32,103 nt of DNA from a virus (IMGVR_UViG_3300025011_000137:1-32103); one strand, 5' to 3'; positions 9,180 through 17,266 are shown, counted from the first letter of the stretch. Made by a program: numbers and translations. The notes: a model not told the origin generated them from the sequence alone.

Positions 9180-10047
9180 GCAGCTTCTTAACACCTATAC
9201 AAAAAAGCTTTCCGGCGAGTACCAGAGAGCGTATAACAGCATGAGGGATACGATATACAAGTATGTAAATAAATATGCTATTGATGGAAAGCTTACCCGT
9301 TCAGAGATGTATAAGTATAATCGCTTCCAGAAGCTTCAGGCACAGCTGCTGAATGAAATTAAGACATTGCAGCTGACCAATACCCCCCAGGTAAGCGCTT
9401 ATCTTGTAGATCAGTACCAGCTCAATTACTTTTATTCCGGATACATACTTGAAACGAATTATCAGGTTAAGCTTGCATATGGTAATATAGCCAGATCCAG
9501 TATAAGCAAGGGTATTCTCACGCCAATGTCTAAGATCAGCCTTAAAAGCAATAAAGAGGCTATACAGCGTAAGATACAGACAAGTCTGATTCAGAGTATT
9601 GCCCAAGGTGAAGGTATCCGGGATCTGACTGCACGGATCAAGAAAGATCTGGAAACCAATGCAAATAAGGCAGTAGATATTGCACGTACTGAGACAACCA
9701 GGGTATGTAATTCAGCGAAGCAGGACAGTTACGAACATGCTGGAAATATGGGTTTGAAGCTCAATAAGCGCTGGGTTTCTTCTCTGGACAGCGTGACAAG
9801 GGAAAGTCACCAGGATATGGATGGTGAGACCGTAGGTATGGACGAGAAATTCAGTAACGGTCTTATGTATCCTGGGGATCAGAGTGGGCCGCCGGAGGAG
9901 ACCATTAATTGCCGATGCCCGATGATAGCCGTGCTTGATGGGTATGAGGATGTAAATGAGTTTAGGCGTGCAAGGGGCACTGATGGTAAAAACGAGGTCA
10001 TTCCGAATATGACATATAAGGAATGGCAGAATGCGAGGGTAGGATGA
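9145..10047 (+). CDS. Minor head protein (SPP1 gp7/MuF-like), no toxin extension
   Basis: IARTETTR, KRWVSSLD..TRESHQDMDG, PGD...INCRC motifs. Confidence 0.9.
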   Translation: MDKDQELTKLVEQLLNTYTKKLSGEYQRAYNSMRDTIYKYVNKYAIDGKLTRSEMYKYNRFQKLQAQLLNEIKTLQLTNTPQVSAYLVDQYQLNYFYSGYILETNYQVKLAYGNIARSSISKGILTPMSKISLKSNKEAIQRKIQTSLIQSIAQGEGIRDLTARIKKDLETNANKAVDIARTETTRVCNSAKQDSYEHAGNMGLKLNKRWVSSLDSVTRESHQDMDGETVGMDEKFSNGLMYPGDQSGPPEETINCRCPMIAVLDGYEDVNEFRRARGTDGKNEVIPNMTYKEWQNARVG

Positions 10048-10340
10048 AGATACCGGAGAAGGTCAAAATTGGCGGGACAAATTATGCTGTTAAGTACGAG
10101 GATAGACTTAATACCGGAAGCAACATGGCTTACGGCCATATCGATTATGAAAGAGCGCTAATCAGGATAGAACCGAATATCCAGGGCGAGCAGGGTAAGT
10201 TCAAAACGCTATTACATGAAATAATCCACGGTATCACACATCACTTTGATCTAAAACTTGATGAGGACGAGGATACCATTGATAGGCTTGCTACTGGTTT
10301 ACATATGGTCATTGTCGATAACCCGGATATATTCTCATAG
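10044..10340 (+). CDS. Small HEXXH zinc metallopeptidase-like protein (ImmA/IrrE-like)
   Basis: TLLHEIIHGI with downstream DEDE; ATGA overlap with muF. Confidence 0.75.
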   Translation: MKIPEKVKIGGTNYAVKYEDRLNTGSNMAYGHIDYERALIRIEPNIQGEQGKFKTLLHEIIHGITHHFDLKLDEDEDTIDRLATGLHMVIVDNPDIFS

Positions 10341-10354
10341 ATAACCTCCTCTCG

Positions 10355-10383
10355 ACTCCGTCATTGCACGGAGTTTTTTTTTT
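10355..10383 (+). terminator. Intrinsic terminator after the packaging operon
   Basis: ACTCCGT-CATTGC-ACGGAGT followed by a long T run. Confidence 0.8.
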
Positions 10384-10387
10384 ACGC

Positions 10388-10426
10388 AAAAAAAGAAAAG
10401 AGCCTTTATTTAGACTCTTTTTTTTT
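10388..10426 (-). terminator. Probable terminator of the reverse moron
   Basis: AAAAGAG...CTCTTTT stem flanked by A and T runs, overlapping the last moron stop codon. Confidence 0.45.
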
Positions 10427-10537
10427 CAAATTCCCGAATAGCGTCCTATCTTTCGATTCAATAAAGCTCTTCCAAAATGCTTGATCTGGGTATCCGTCAA
10501 CGATCACCCAATCATAGCCGGTTGTTGCTAGTTTCAT
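10406..10537 (-). CDS. Hypothetical 43-aa protein (not in ORF track)
   Basis: AAGGAGG RBS; ATGA overlap with upstream gene; MKLATTGYDWVIVDGYPDQAFWKSFIESKDRTLFGNLKKKESK. Confidence 0.65.
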   Translation of the reverse strand: MKLATTGYDWVIVDGYPDQAFWKSFIESKDRTLFGNLKKKESK

Positions 10538-10725
10538 AGGATTTCCTCCTTTACCATCAGATGGGATGCATGTTCCCTAACTATTTCCCTTACCTTTTCA
10601 TTAAACCACTCTGTTCGGCTTTTGTAACCGGCTTTTTTGAGTGCAATGTCGAGTACTTTCTCATAATCTCTTTTGATTTGCTCGGTTGCATGTGCTATGC
10701 GGATTTCCGTATAAACGCGAGGCAT
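10534..10725 (-). CDS. Ribbon-helix-helix-like DNA-binding protein
   Basis: Alternating strand VYTEIRI, then helix-GYKSRTEWFNEKVRE-helix; coupled to upstream gene. Confidence 0.6.
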   Translation of the reverse strand: MPRVYTEIRIAHATEQIKRDYEKVLDIALKKAGYKSRTEWFNEKVREIVREHASHLMVKEEIL

Positions 10726-10952
10726 TATATCACCGCCTCGTATACAGTCTTATCCCAATTAAATTCAAATACACCTTCTACAACCCTTATTTTCCCGCCG
10801 TAAGCTGAGCCATAACCTTCATCAACAACCTGCTTCTTACAATCCTCAATACTGGCTAACTGCAATTTATCTGTTTTAATACCTTCTGCTTTTGCTTCTG
10901 CTGTAGAAATGGTTCCACCGCTATAGGCTTCAAGCTTAAACACTTTAACCAT
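10725..10952 (-). CDS. Hypothetical 75-aa protein, first gene of reverse moron
   Basis: AAAGGGG RBS; directly downstream of a consensus-like promoter. Confidence 0.7.
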   Translation of the reverse strand: MVKVFKLEAYSGGTISTAEAKAEGIKTDKLQLASIEDCKKQVVDEGYGSAYGGKIRVVEGVFEFNWDKTVYEAVI

Positions 10953-10982
10953 ACCTATATCCCCTTTCGATTTGATATTCTT

Positions 10983-11011
10983 ATCATACCGTACATTGTA
11001 CCGTAAGTCAA
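10983..11011 (-). promoter_or_regulatory. Sigma-A type promoter of the moron, with repeats in the spacer
   Basis: TTGACT-N17-TATGAT on the minus strand; TACGGTA twice and the palindrome GTACA-T-TGTAC. Confidence 0.8.
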
Positions 11012-11038
11012 GAGGTTAGAATAAATTTATTTTTTTCA

Positions 11039-11070
11039 TTGCACAAGAAATAGCCGGCTTTTTGTACAAT
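11039..11070 (+). promoter_or_regulatory. Putative late promoter 2 (20-bp spacer class)
   Basis: TTGCAC-N20-TACAAT upstream of the scaffold leader. Confidence 0.65.
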
Positions 11071-11082
11071 GGAATCAATGAA

Positions 11083-11146
11083 TACTCGGGCGGGAGAATA
11101 AGCCGCACTCTATACCGGCGACAACCGGAATAAAAAGTCGTGGAGG
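11083..11146 (+). ncRNA. Putative cis-regulatory structured leader (pseudoknots) of the scaffold gene
   Basis: CCGG-CGACAA-CCGG hairpin whose loop CGAC can pair with GTCG next to the GGAGG RBS; a weaker similar unit lies upstream. Confidence 0.5.
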
Positions 11147-11154
11147 ACACGCAT

Positions 11155-11814
11155 ATGGAATGGTTAAAACAGTTGATTGAAGCTGCCTTAAAAGGCAAAG
11201 TATCAGACGAGGGTAAGCTGGGAGAGCTCATTGCAGGGGTATTGGAGAGCGTGAAAAAGGAAATAGGTAAGCACTTCATCCCTAAGGAAGAATTCAATTC
11301 CAAGAATGAGGATCTGAAAGACACTAAGAAAAAGATGGATGATCTGCAAAAGCAGGTTGATGACCTGAGTAAGAGCGGGAATGATGCTGTAAAGTTCAAA
11401 GAAGATCTGGAGAAGGTTAACAAGGAATTTACAGCGTATAAGGAAACTGCTGAGAAGCGCGAAACCAACCGGCAGAAAACAGCATCCATTGAGAGATCAC
11501 TCAGGGAAGCAAAAGCCTCAACAGATGCCATTGACCTGTTAACAAGCCAGTTTGACCTTGACAAGATCATCCTGGACAGCAAGGGTAACATCGTAGACTG
11601 GGATAACCATCTTAAGCCGATTAAGGAAAGCCGCAAGACCTTATTTGGAGAAGTGAAAAACGAAACCGGCAAGCCTCCAGCAGGCGGAGGATCCGGTAGT
11701 GGCGGAACAGTAACCAAGCAGCAGCTCATCGACAAGTACAACGAGGCTGAGAAAGCCAGAAATGTTATGCAGATGGTGCAGTTGCAAGCACAAATAAAAA
11801 ATTTCAAGGAGTGA
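11155..11814 (+). CDS. Capsid scaffolding protein (Phage GP20-like)
   Basis: FIPKEEFN, long coiled coil, LF then Gly/Pro linker; GGAGG RBS; precedes major capsid. Confidence 0.88.
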   Translation: MEWLKQLIEAALKGKVSDEGKLGELIAGVLESVKKEIGKHFIPKEEFNSKNEDLKDTKKKMDDLQKQVDDLSKSGNDAVKFKEDLEKVNKEFTAYKETAEKRETNRQKTASIERSLREAKASTDAIDLLTSQFDLDKIILDSKGNIVDWDNHLKPIKESRKTLFGEVKNETGKPPAGGGSGSGGTVTKQQLIDKYNEAEKARNVMQMVQLQAQIKNFKE

Positions 11815-11820
11815 GTTTAA

Positions 11821-12741
11821 ATGGCATACACAGATAGAGAAGATCTAAATTATTTAGGCCAGTTATTCATGATAGGAGCAAATCAGACTCCGTTCCTGAA
11901 CGCAATCGGCGGACTCAGCGGGGGTAGAACGGCACAAAGTTTTCTGTTCCCTGTTGCACAGCCCTGGGCGCTTAACAGCGCATCACAGCCAGCTATCACT
12001 GAAGCCGCTTCGGCAGCAGCCGCAGCAGCTACTACCTACACCAGAGGCCAGGACACAAACACTGTACAGATATTCAAATATGACTATGCAGTGAGCTTTG
12101 CAAAGCAATCCACTACTGGTGAAATCGCAGGAATCGCCATCAATGGAGATCAGCCTGTAAAGGATGAGCTTGCATTCCAAAGAATGGCACAGATGAGACA
12201 GATGGCTGTTGATGTAGAGTATAGTTTCCTTCAGGGGACATATCAGGCTGCAACCAACGCAAGCACAGCAGCAAAGACCAGAGGGCTTATCGCTGCAATA
12301 TCCGCCAATGCGGTAGCCGGTGGCAGTGCATACCTTACCAAAGCGATGATCCAGGAACTGCTCAGAGAAATGGCGGCTAATGGCGCTATATTCCAGAACA
12401 TGGCTATACTTTGCAATGCATACCAGAAGCAGGGTCTTACAGATCTGTACGGTTATGCTCCTGAAGATAGAAATATTGGTGGAGTTAATGTCAAACAGAT
12501 CGAGACTGATTTCTGCATGCTGGCTCCTATGTGGGCACCTTACATGCCGACTACATCAGTTGTAATAGCTGAAATGTCCGCATGTGCTCCCGTATTCTGT
12601 CCTTATGAAGGCCAGATTATAGCGGATGTGCCTACAGCAGTAACCGCAGCTCAAAAGGGCGGATTCATTTACAGCCAGATAGGTCTGGACTATGGTCCCG
12701 AAGAATACCACGGCAAGATCACCGACCTGCTTGACGCTTGA
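11821..12741 (+). CDS. Major capsid protein (SU10/DUF5309-like)
   Basis: TPFLNAIG, NTVQIF, ELAFQ...DVEYSFLQG, IETDF; position after scaffold. Confidence 0.88.
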   Translation: MAYTDREDLNYLGQLFMIGANQTPFLNAIGGLSGGRTAQSFLFPVAQPWALNSASQPAITEAASAAAAAATTYTRGQDTNTVQIFKYDYAVSFAKQSTTGEIAGIAINGDQPVKDELAFQRMAQMRQMAVDVEYSFLQGTYQAATNASTAAKTRGLIAAISANAVAGGSAYLTKAMIQELLREMAANGAIFQNMAILCNAYQKQGLTDLYGYAPEDRNIGGVNVKQIETDFCMLAPMWAPYMPTTSVVIAEMSACAPVFCPYEGQIIADVPTAVTAAQKGGFIYSQIGLDYGPEEYHGKITDLLDA

Positions 12742-12766
12742 TAACAAATAAAGCATAGGAACTAAT

Positions 12767-12792
12767 GCCCCGCTGGAACACTCTGGCGGGGC
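12767..12792 (+). terminator. GC-rich hairpin after the capsid gene (weak U-tract; attenuator or mRNA stabiliser)
   Basis: GCCCCGCTGGA-ACAC-TCTGGCGGGGC. Confidence 0.55.
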
Positions 12793-12815
12793 TACTATGA
12801 AAGGATGAATATAAA

Positions 12816-13964
12816 ATGACTACACCTACCTATGATTTTTCTGAAATCCGCAATCCTCAGCTAAGGAAAACGCTTGAGGATTTTGTTGCCGAAGTCTTTG
12901 CCATTGCCGATGGGCATGACCATGACGGATCAAACTCAAAGACACTCTCTCCTGAAGCCGTAGTTGCAAACGATTCCATAAGTGCAGCCAAAATACAGGC
13001 CAATGCTGTAACAACCGAGAAGATAATTGGTGATGCTGTAACCACAGCAAAGATCCTTGATGCTAACATCACAGCTGCAAAACTGGCTTCTGACGCAGTT
13101 ACTACGGCAAAGATACTTGATGCTAACGTAACAGCCGCAAAGATAGCCACAGGAGCTGTAGAAACCGCTAAACTGGCAGCCGATGCAGTGGATGGAACAA
13201 AACTAGCTGATGATGCTGTGGACAGTGAGCACATTGCAGCTGGGGCGATAGATCCTGAACATTTGGCAGCCAGCGCCGTTGAAACGGCTAAAATAGCCAA
13301 TCTTAATGTTACCACTGCCAAGATAGCAGCCGATGCTATAGATGGTACCAAGCTGGCAGATAATGCTGTCGATTCTGAGCATATCACAGCAGGTGCTATC
13401 GATGACGCTCACCTGGCTGTCGGTGCAGTTAGCGCCACAAAGATTGGTACAGATGCAGTAATAACCGCAAAGATCCTGGATGCTAATATCACAGCCGCAA
13501 AACTTGCTTCTGACTCAGTAGAGACAGCAAAGATAGTAGCCTTGAATGTCACGGCTGCAAAGCTTGCTGCGGATGCTGTAGAGACAGCAAAGATAAAAGA
13601 TGCCAATGTTACCTCCGCAAAGCTTGCAGCCAATGCGCAGCCTCTGACCACTGCTGTAGCAGATCCGGGAGATGGGCAGGCAATAGCAGTCACCAATTCC
13701 GGTACCTGTCCTCTTGTGTCCGGTGGAGCTGAGACCAGGACTCTGGCAGTACCTACATTCGCAGGACAGAAATTGATCCTGGCATGCAAAACATATGTCG
13801 GAGATATTGTTATTACAGTGGCCTCCGCATTTAACCAGACCGGCAATAACACCATTACGGTGGAAGCTGCCGGGGATTATATCGAGCTCACGGGTATAGA
13901 GGTTGGTGCTGCAAAAGCATGGCGGGTAACTGCTAATGATGGATGTACACTGACTACAGTATAA
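12816..13964 (+). CDS. Fibre-like structural protein with 22 decapeptide repeats (xxAVTTAKIA type) and a beta-rich C-terminal domain
   Basis: Repeats counted from NDSISAAKIQ to DANVTSAKLA; GHDHDG motif; AAGGA RBS. Confidence 0.75.
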   Translation: MTTPTYDFSEIRNPQLRKTLEDFVAEVFAIADGHDHDGSNSKTLSPEAVVANDSISAAKIQANAVTTEKIIGDAVTTAKILDANITAAKLASDAVTTAKILDANVTAAKIATGAVETAKLAADAVDGTKLADDAVDSEHIAAGAIDPEHLAASAVETAKIANLNVTTAKIAADAIDGTKLADNAVDSEHITAGAIDDAHLAVGAVSATKIGTDAVITAKILDANITAAKLASDSVETAKIVALNVTAAKLAADAVETAKIKDANVTSAKLAANAQPLTTAVADPGDGQAIAVTNSGTCPLVSGGAETRTLAVPTFAGQKLILACKTYVGDIVITVASAFNQTGNNTITVEAAGDYIELTGIEVGAAKAWRVTANDGCTLTTV

Positions 13965-13972
13965 TAGCGGCT

Positions 13973-13999
13973 AATAGAGGGGCTTCGGCCTCTCTTATT
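13973..13999 (+). terminator. UUCG-tetraloop hairpin, probable leaky terminator
   Basis: GAGGGGC-TTCG-GCCTCTC then TTATT. Confidence 0.6.
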
Positions 14000-14020
14000 G
14001 GCTAAGTGGAGGGGAAAACA

Positions 14021-14395
14021 ATGCTTTTTTATGGTAATGGTATAGTCTGGGACAAAGAAAAGAACAAGAGGCTTTGTAAGTTTATAAAAGGGCAGTTTGA
14101 GACAGACGACAAGAGGATTACATCAATCCTACGGGATAACGGATATAAGCATGATCCTGAGAAGGAACCTGAGAAGGAACCTGAGAAGGAGCTGGAGTCT
14201 GAGATAGGGTATATGCTTGATATAGGTACAGAACCACTGCCTCCAGCAGATGATACTGTGAAGGAAGCAAAAGGGCTGGAAGACATGGAGCTTCCCGAAC
14301 TCAGGGCAATTGCCGATAAAATGGGTATCAAGTATGCCCTCAATATAGGCAAAGAAAAACTGATAAATAAAATAAGACAGGGTGATAGATCATGA
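14021..14395 (+). CDS. Head-associated protein with C-terminal HeH/Rho-N-like helical domain
   Basis: LEDMELPELRAIADKMGI...NIGKEKLINKI; GGAGGGG RBS. Confidence 0.7.
   Translation: MLFYGNGIVWDKEKNKRLCKFIKGQFETDDKRITSILRDNGYKHDPEKEPEKEPEKELESEIGYMLDIGTEPLPPADDTVKEAKGLEDMELPELRAIADKMGIKYALNIGKEKLINKIRQGDRS
14156..14190 (+). repeat. 12-bp tandem repeat CCTGAGAAGGAA x3 (PEKE linker)
   Basis: Read directly; third copy ends in GAG. Confidence 0.9.
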
Positions 14396-14724
14396 GTCTA
14401 CCGAGAATAACTGAGCTGCTTGGTTGGATAAAGGATAAATTAATCTCTTCACCGTATGCCTTCGAGCAGGTGACAGTTGATAATACTGCAGGCGGTAAGG
14501 GGTTAACAGCCGCAACATACGATGCTTCAAAGAGAGCCGTTATTACTGTTGAAACAGCACAGATACGGTACAGGGCAGATGGTGGGGCTCCTACAACTAC
14601 TGTAGGCCACATAGCTGATATTGGTGATACCATTGAACTTGAATCTGCAAGTGAGATTGCCAATTTTAAGGCGATCCGCACAGGTGCAAACAGTGGTTTA
14701 ATCAGTGTAAGCTATTTTGATTAA
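14392..14724 (+). CDS. Small beta-rich virion protein
   Basis: ITVETAQIRYRADGGAPTTTVGH; ATGA coupling. Confidence 0.65.
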   Translation: MSLPRITELLGWIKDKLISSPYAFEQVTVDNTAGGKGLTAATYDASKRAVITVETAQIRYRADGGAPTTTVGHIADIGDTIELESASEIANFKAIRTGANSGLISVSYFD

Positions 14725-14738
14725 GGCGGTGCATAACG

Positions 14739-15536
14739 ATGAAACATAAAAAAGGAACGGCCCTGATAGAAGAACAATTGGCTAATATTGCGCGGTATTT
14801 AAGTACACCAGTGGCAACATACACCCATAGCACAAACACAGAAGTGGTTGTAAGTGCCGTTGATGTTGACACAGATACTTTTACCAGTGTTGGGCATGGA
14901 TTAGTAAATAACGATGTAATTTTCCCAACTTTAAACACTAATCCCGGCGCAGTATATCCGTTGCAGGTGTATGCAGGCGGCATGGTGCAAGGACTATACT
15001 ATGTCGTTAATAAAACAGATGATACTTTTCAGCTCTCTCTTACAAGCGGAGGTGCAGCTATAAATCTGACAGCTAACGCTACAATTGACTTGACAAAATG
15101 GCACTTTGAAAGTTTTGTTTTGAGTATTACAATAAACAATTTGCCCGCAAGTAAAAGGTATAAAATTAAATTAATGAGTAAAGCTGCAGCAGCTGGGTAT
15201 ATTTCCTTGTCGTTAAATGGTACCAACCCAGGCAATGCATTTGCGTTAAGCACCCTCGCAACATACAGCGATTGTAAACTTGTAAATGCTATAGGCAGTA
15301 TATCGTCAAGGAGCGAATTTATTATAGATACCAATGGGCGCATGTTTGTGGAAGGGTATGCAAATTGTATTAACGTGAACGCTGCTCAGGCAGCACAATA
15401 TTCATCGACATTGCAACAAATCTACACCAGATGCATGACCAACTATATGCAAGCCACTGATATTACGAGCATTACTATTGAATTATTGTATAGAGGTATT
15501 ACTAATGGCTCAACTGTGGAGGTGTACAAAGTATGA
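14739..15536 (+). CDS. Putative fibre/receptor-binding-like protein
   Basis: N-terminal beta-barrel pattern (DTFTSVGHGL...YYVVNKTDDTFQLSLTSGG); C-terminal ITSITI...NGSTVEVY typical of fibre tips. Confidence 0.6.
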   Translation: MKHKKGTALIEEQLANIARYLSTPVATYTHSTNTEVVVSAVDVDTDTFTSVGHGLVNNDVIFPTLNTNPGAVYPLQVYAGGMVQGLYYVVNKTDDTFQLSLTSGGAAINLTANATIDLTKWHFESFVLSITINNLPASKRYKIKLMSKAAAAGYISLSLNGTNPGNAFALSTLATYSDCKLVNAIGSISSRSEFIIDTNGRMFVEGYANCINVNAAQAAQYSSTLQQIYTRCMTNYMQATDITSITIELLYRGITNGSTVEVYKV

Positions 15537-15685
15537 AAAACATAATATACAATGCTCTAACAGGTGAAACAACTTTTGAAGAAGTGTCTGACGTTGAAAT
15601 GTTTGCGGTAGAGCCAGAACCCACCACAGAAGAAGTGCTTGACGAGCTTATTGAAGTGCTTGTTGACAAGGGGGTAATATTCTAA
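15533..15685 (+). CDS. 50-aa fibre chaperone-like protein (not in ORF track)
   Basis: GGAGG RBS; MKNIIYNALTGETTFEEV...EPEPTTEEVLDELIEVLVDKGVIF. Confidence 0.7.
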   Translation: MKNIIYNALTGETTFEEVSDVEMFAVEPEPTTEEVLDELIEVLVDKGVIF

Positions 15686-15840
15686 TGGCATATAATAAAT
15701 TAAAAGCTTATATTGGTAAAAAGGGCTTAAAAGCCAAAGCCGATAGCAACAAAACCGATAAAGAAAAGCTAATTTCCGACATAAATAAAGCTACTACGGT
15801 AGCACAATTAAAGGCTGAAATGGCGAAAATGATTAAGTGA
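15685..15840 (+). CDS. 51-aa basic helical protein (not in ORF track)
   Basis: AAGGGGG RBS; TAATG coupling; MAYNKLKAYIGKKGLK... Confidence 0.65.
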   Translation: MAYNKLKAYIGKKGLKAKADSNKTDKEKLISDINKATTVAQLKAEMAKMIK

Positions 15841-15873
15841 GTTACCGCGGAATAGGTCAGCATGATGCAACGG

Positions 15874-15910
15874 AGAGCTTGAGAGATCAGGCTCTTTTTA
15901 TATTTTTTTT
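15874..15910 (+). terminator. Intrinsic terminator ending the head operon
   Basis: AGAGCTTGA-GAGA-TCAGGCTCT then T-rich run. Confidence 0.8.
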
Positions 15911-15969
15911 ATAAAAACCGGTAGAATCCACTTGTATCAATGGCTGTAAGACTTTTTGCGGCTATTTCA

Positions 15970-16001
15970 TTGCAAATACGCTGAAAACTTTTTGGTAATG
16001 T
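15970..16001 (+). promoter_or_regulatory. Putative late promoter 3a (20-bp spacer class)
   Basis: TTGCAA-N20-TAATGT. Confidence 0.45.
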
Positions 16002-16022
16002 TAAAATGAGGCTCTTTTTGTT

Positions 16023-16054
16023 TTGCAAAAAATCTCTCTGTCGTTTGCTATTCT
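16023..16054 (+). promoter_or_regulatory. Putative late promoter 3b (20-bp spacer class)
   Basis: TTGCAA-N20-TATTCT, 19 nt before the neck gene ATG. Confidence 0.6.
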
Positions 16055-16073
16055 TATATCAGAGGTGGGTTAA

Positions 16074-16556
16074 ATGATAGGTCAAGTGATGAGAGAGATA
16101 AATAGATACTGGCCCCGGACTTATGAAAATATAAGCCTTACTTTTGCTGCTACCGGAAAGACAATTACCGGAGCTACCGAGACATACCTGCCAGGGCAGT
16201 ATATTCTCATTCAGCATTCCATCCTTAATGACGGTGTGTATAAGATAGCATCTGTTACAAATGGGGTTATAACTGTAGTTGAAACCATCTATGACGAGAC
16301 CGCAAAAGTCAACATATTCGGCCTTGCCCCTCCGAGGGATTTCCTTGATCTGGTTACTGACATAGCCGCTTTCACTGGTAAAGATGGTGTGAAGTCTGAG
16401 AGTATAGACGATTATTCCGTAAGCTTCGAGGGTGATGGCTCCTGGAAGACGGCCTTTAGAAAGAGGCTCAACACTTACCGCAGTATGTATGACGATCTGG
16501 GAGGTTTGCTGTATGCCAATAACAGACTATTATACGCTGATAGAGTTACATACTAA
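16074..16556 (+). CDS. Head-tail connector/adaptor
   Basis: GVKSESIDDYSVSF...LNTYR typical of SPP1 gp15-like adaptors, with an inserted beta domain. Confidence 0.8.
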   Translation: MIGQVMREINRYWPRTYENISLTFAATGKTITGATETYLPGQYILIQHSILNDGVYKIASVTNGVITVVETIYDETAKVNIFGLAPPRDFLDLVTDIAAFTGKDGVKSESIDDYSVSFEGDGSWKTAFRKRLNTYRSMYDDLGGLLYANNRLLYADRVTY

Positions 16557-16845
16557 AACCAAAACGCCCAACGGCAGGGGCGGGAGTACTTATGTGTGGG
16601 CAAAGGCATCCGAGTTCCAGGGACTCATTAACCAGGCATCCAGCCGGGAGATCGAAGCAGCTGCAAAGCTGAGTATTGAGGCAGACCATAAGCTGTATTG
16701 CCCAGTGGGGACAAGTCTTTCAAACGAAAAACTACTCAAGCAGGGAAGCACCTATTACCGAGTAGTATCAAAACCAAAGGACACGGTAAGCCAAGGCCAC
16801 CATTACAAGGTATTACTGAAAGAGGTACAGCTGGATGGGCAGTAA
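16513..16845 (+). CDS. Head closure protein (SPP1 gp16-like)
   Basis: GGAGG RBS; NGRGG...W, HKLYC, YRVV..PKD...HH. Confidence 0.8.
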   Translation: MPITDYYTLIELHTKTKTPNGRGGSTYVWAKASEFQGLINQASSREIEAAAKLSIEADHKLYCPVGTSLSNEKLLKQGSTYYRVVSKPKDTVSQGHHYKVLLKEVQLDGQ

Positions 16846-17266
16846 TTATGAGAGCTTCATCCCACAGGCCAAAAAGATGATCTCTGATGCCGAGGAAAGA
16901 GCACTGTGGCTGATAGGTGAACTGATCGAGGGTAAAGCGAAGTTACTGGCACCTGTAGGGCTCTCCGGAGAGTTGAGGAACAAGATCGGCCACAAGGTAT
17001 ATCTAGATCCCATGACAGGGGGTAGGGGTGTAGCAACTGGTACAGACATCGAATATGGGATATACGTTGAAAAGGGTACCGGTATATATGCAGTAGACGG
17101 GAACGGCAGGAAAACACCCTGGGTATGGTATGACTCATTAACGGGTAAATACCACTGGACTGAAGGTATGCATCCGCAGCCATTTCTTGAACCGGCGGCA
17201 GTGGAGAACATATCAAGAATCAAAGATATAGTAGAAAAGGTGATGAAACAGCTTGACAACAGTTGA
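16835..17266 (+). CDS. HK97 gp10-like tail component
   Basis: AKLLAPV..SGELRNKI, EYGIYVEKGTG, GMHPQPFLEPA. Confidence 0.88.
   Translation: MGSNYESFIPQAKKMISDAEERALWLIGELIEGKAKLLAPVGLSGELRNKIGHKVYLDPMTGGRGVATGTDIEYGIYVEKGTGIYAVDGNGRKTPWVWYDSLTGKYHWTEGMHPQPFLEPAAVENISRIKDIVEKVMKQLDNS

Noticed and set aside
9145-10047. MuF polymorphic toxin
   Set aside because: Protein ends shortly after the NCRC motif with the usual short tail; no toxin extension.
11016-11807. 263-aa minus-strand ORF, and similar ones at 1659-2408 and 17882-18583
   Set aside because: Overlap well-supported plus-strand genes; composition is that of reverse-frame shadows.
12857-13855. Long minus-strand ORFs over the repeat fibre gene
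   Set aside because: Antisense shadows of an Ala/Thr/Val-rich repeat; no RBS or independent motif.
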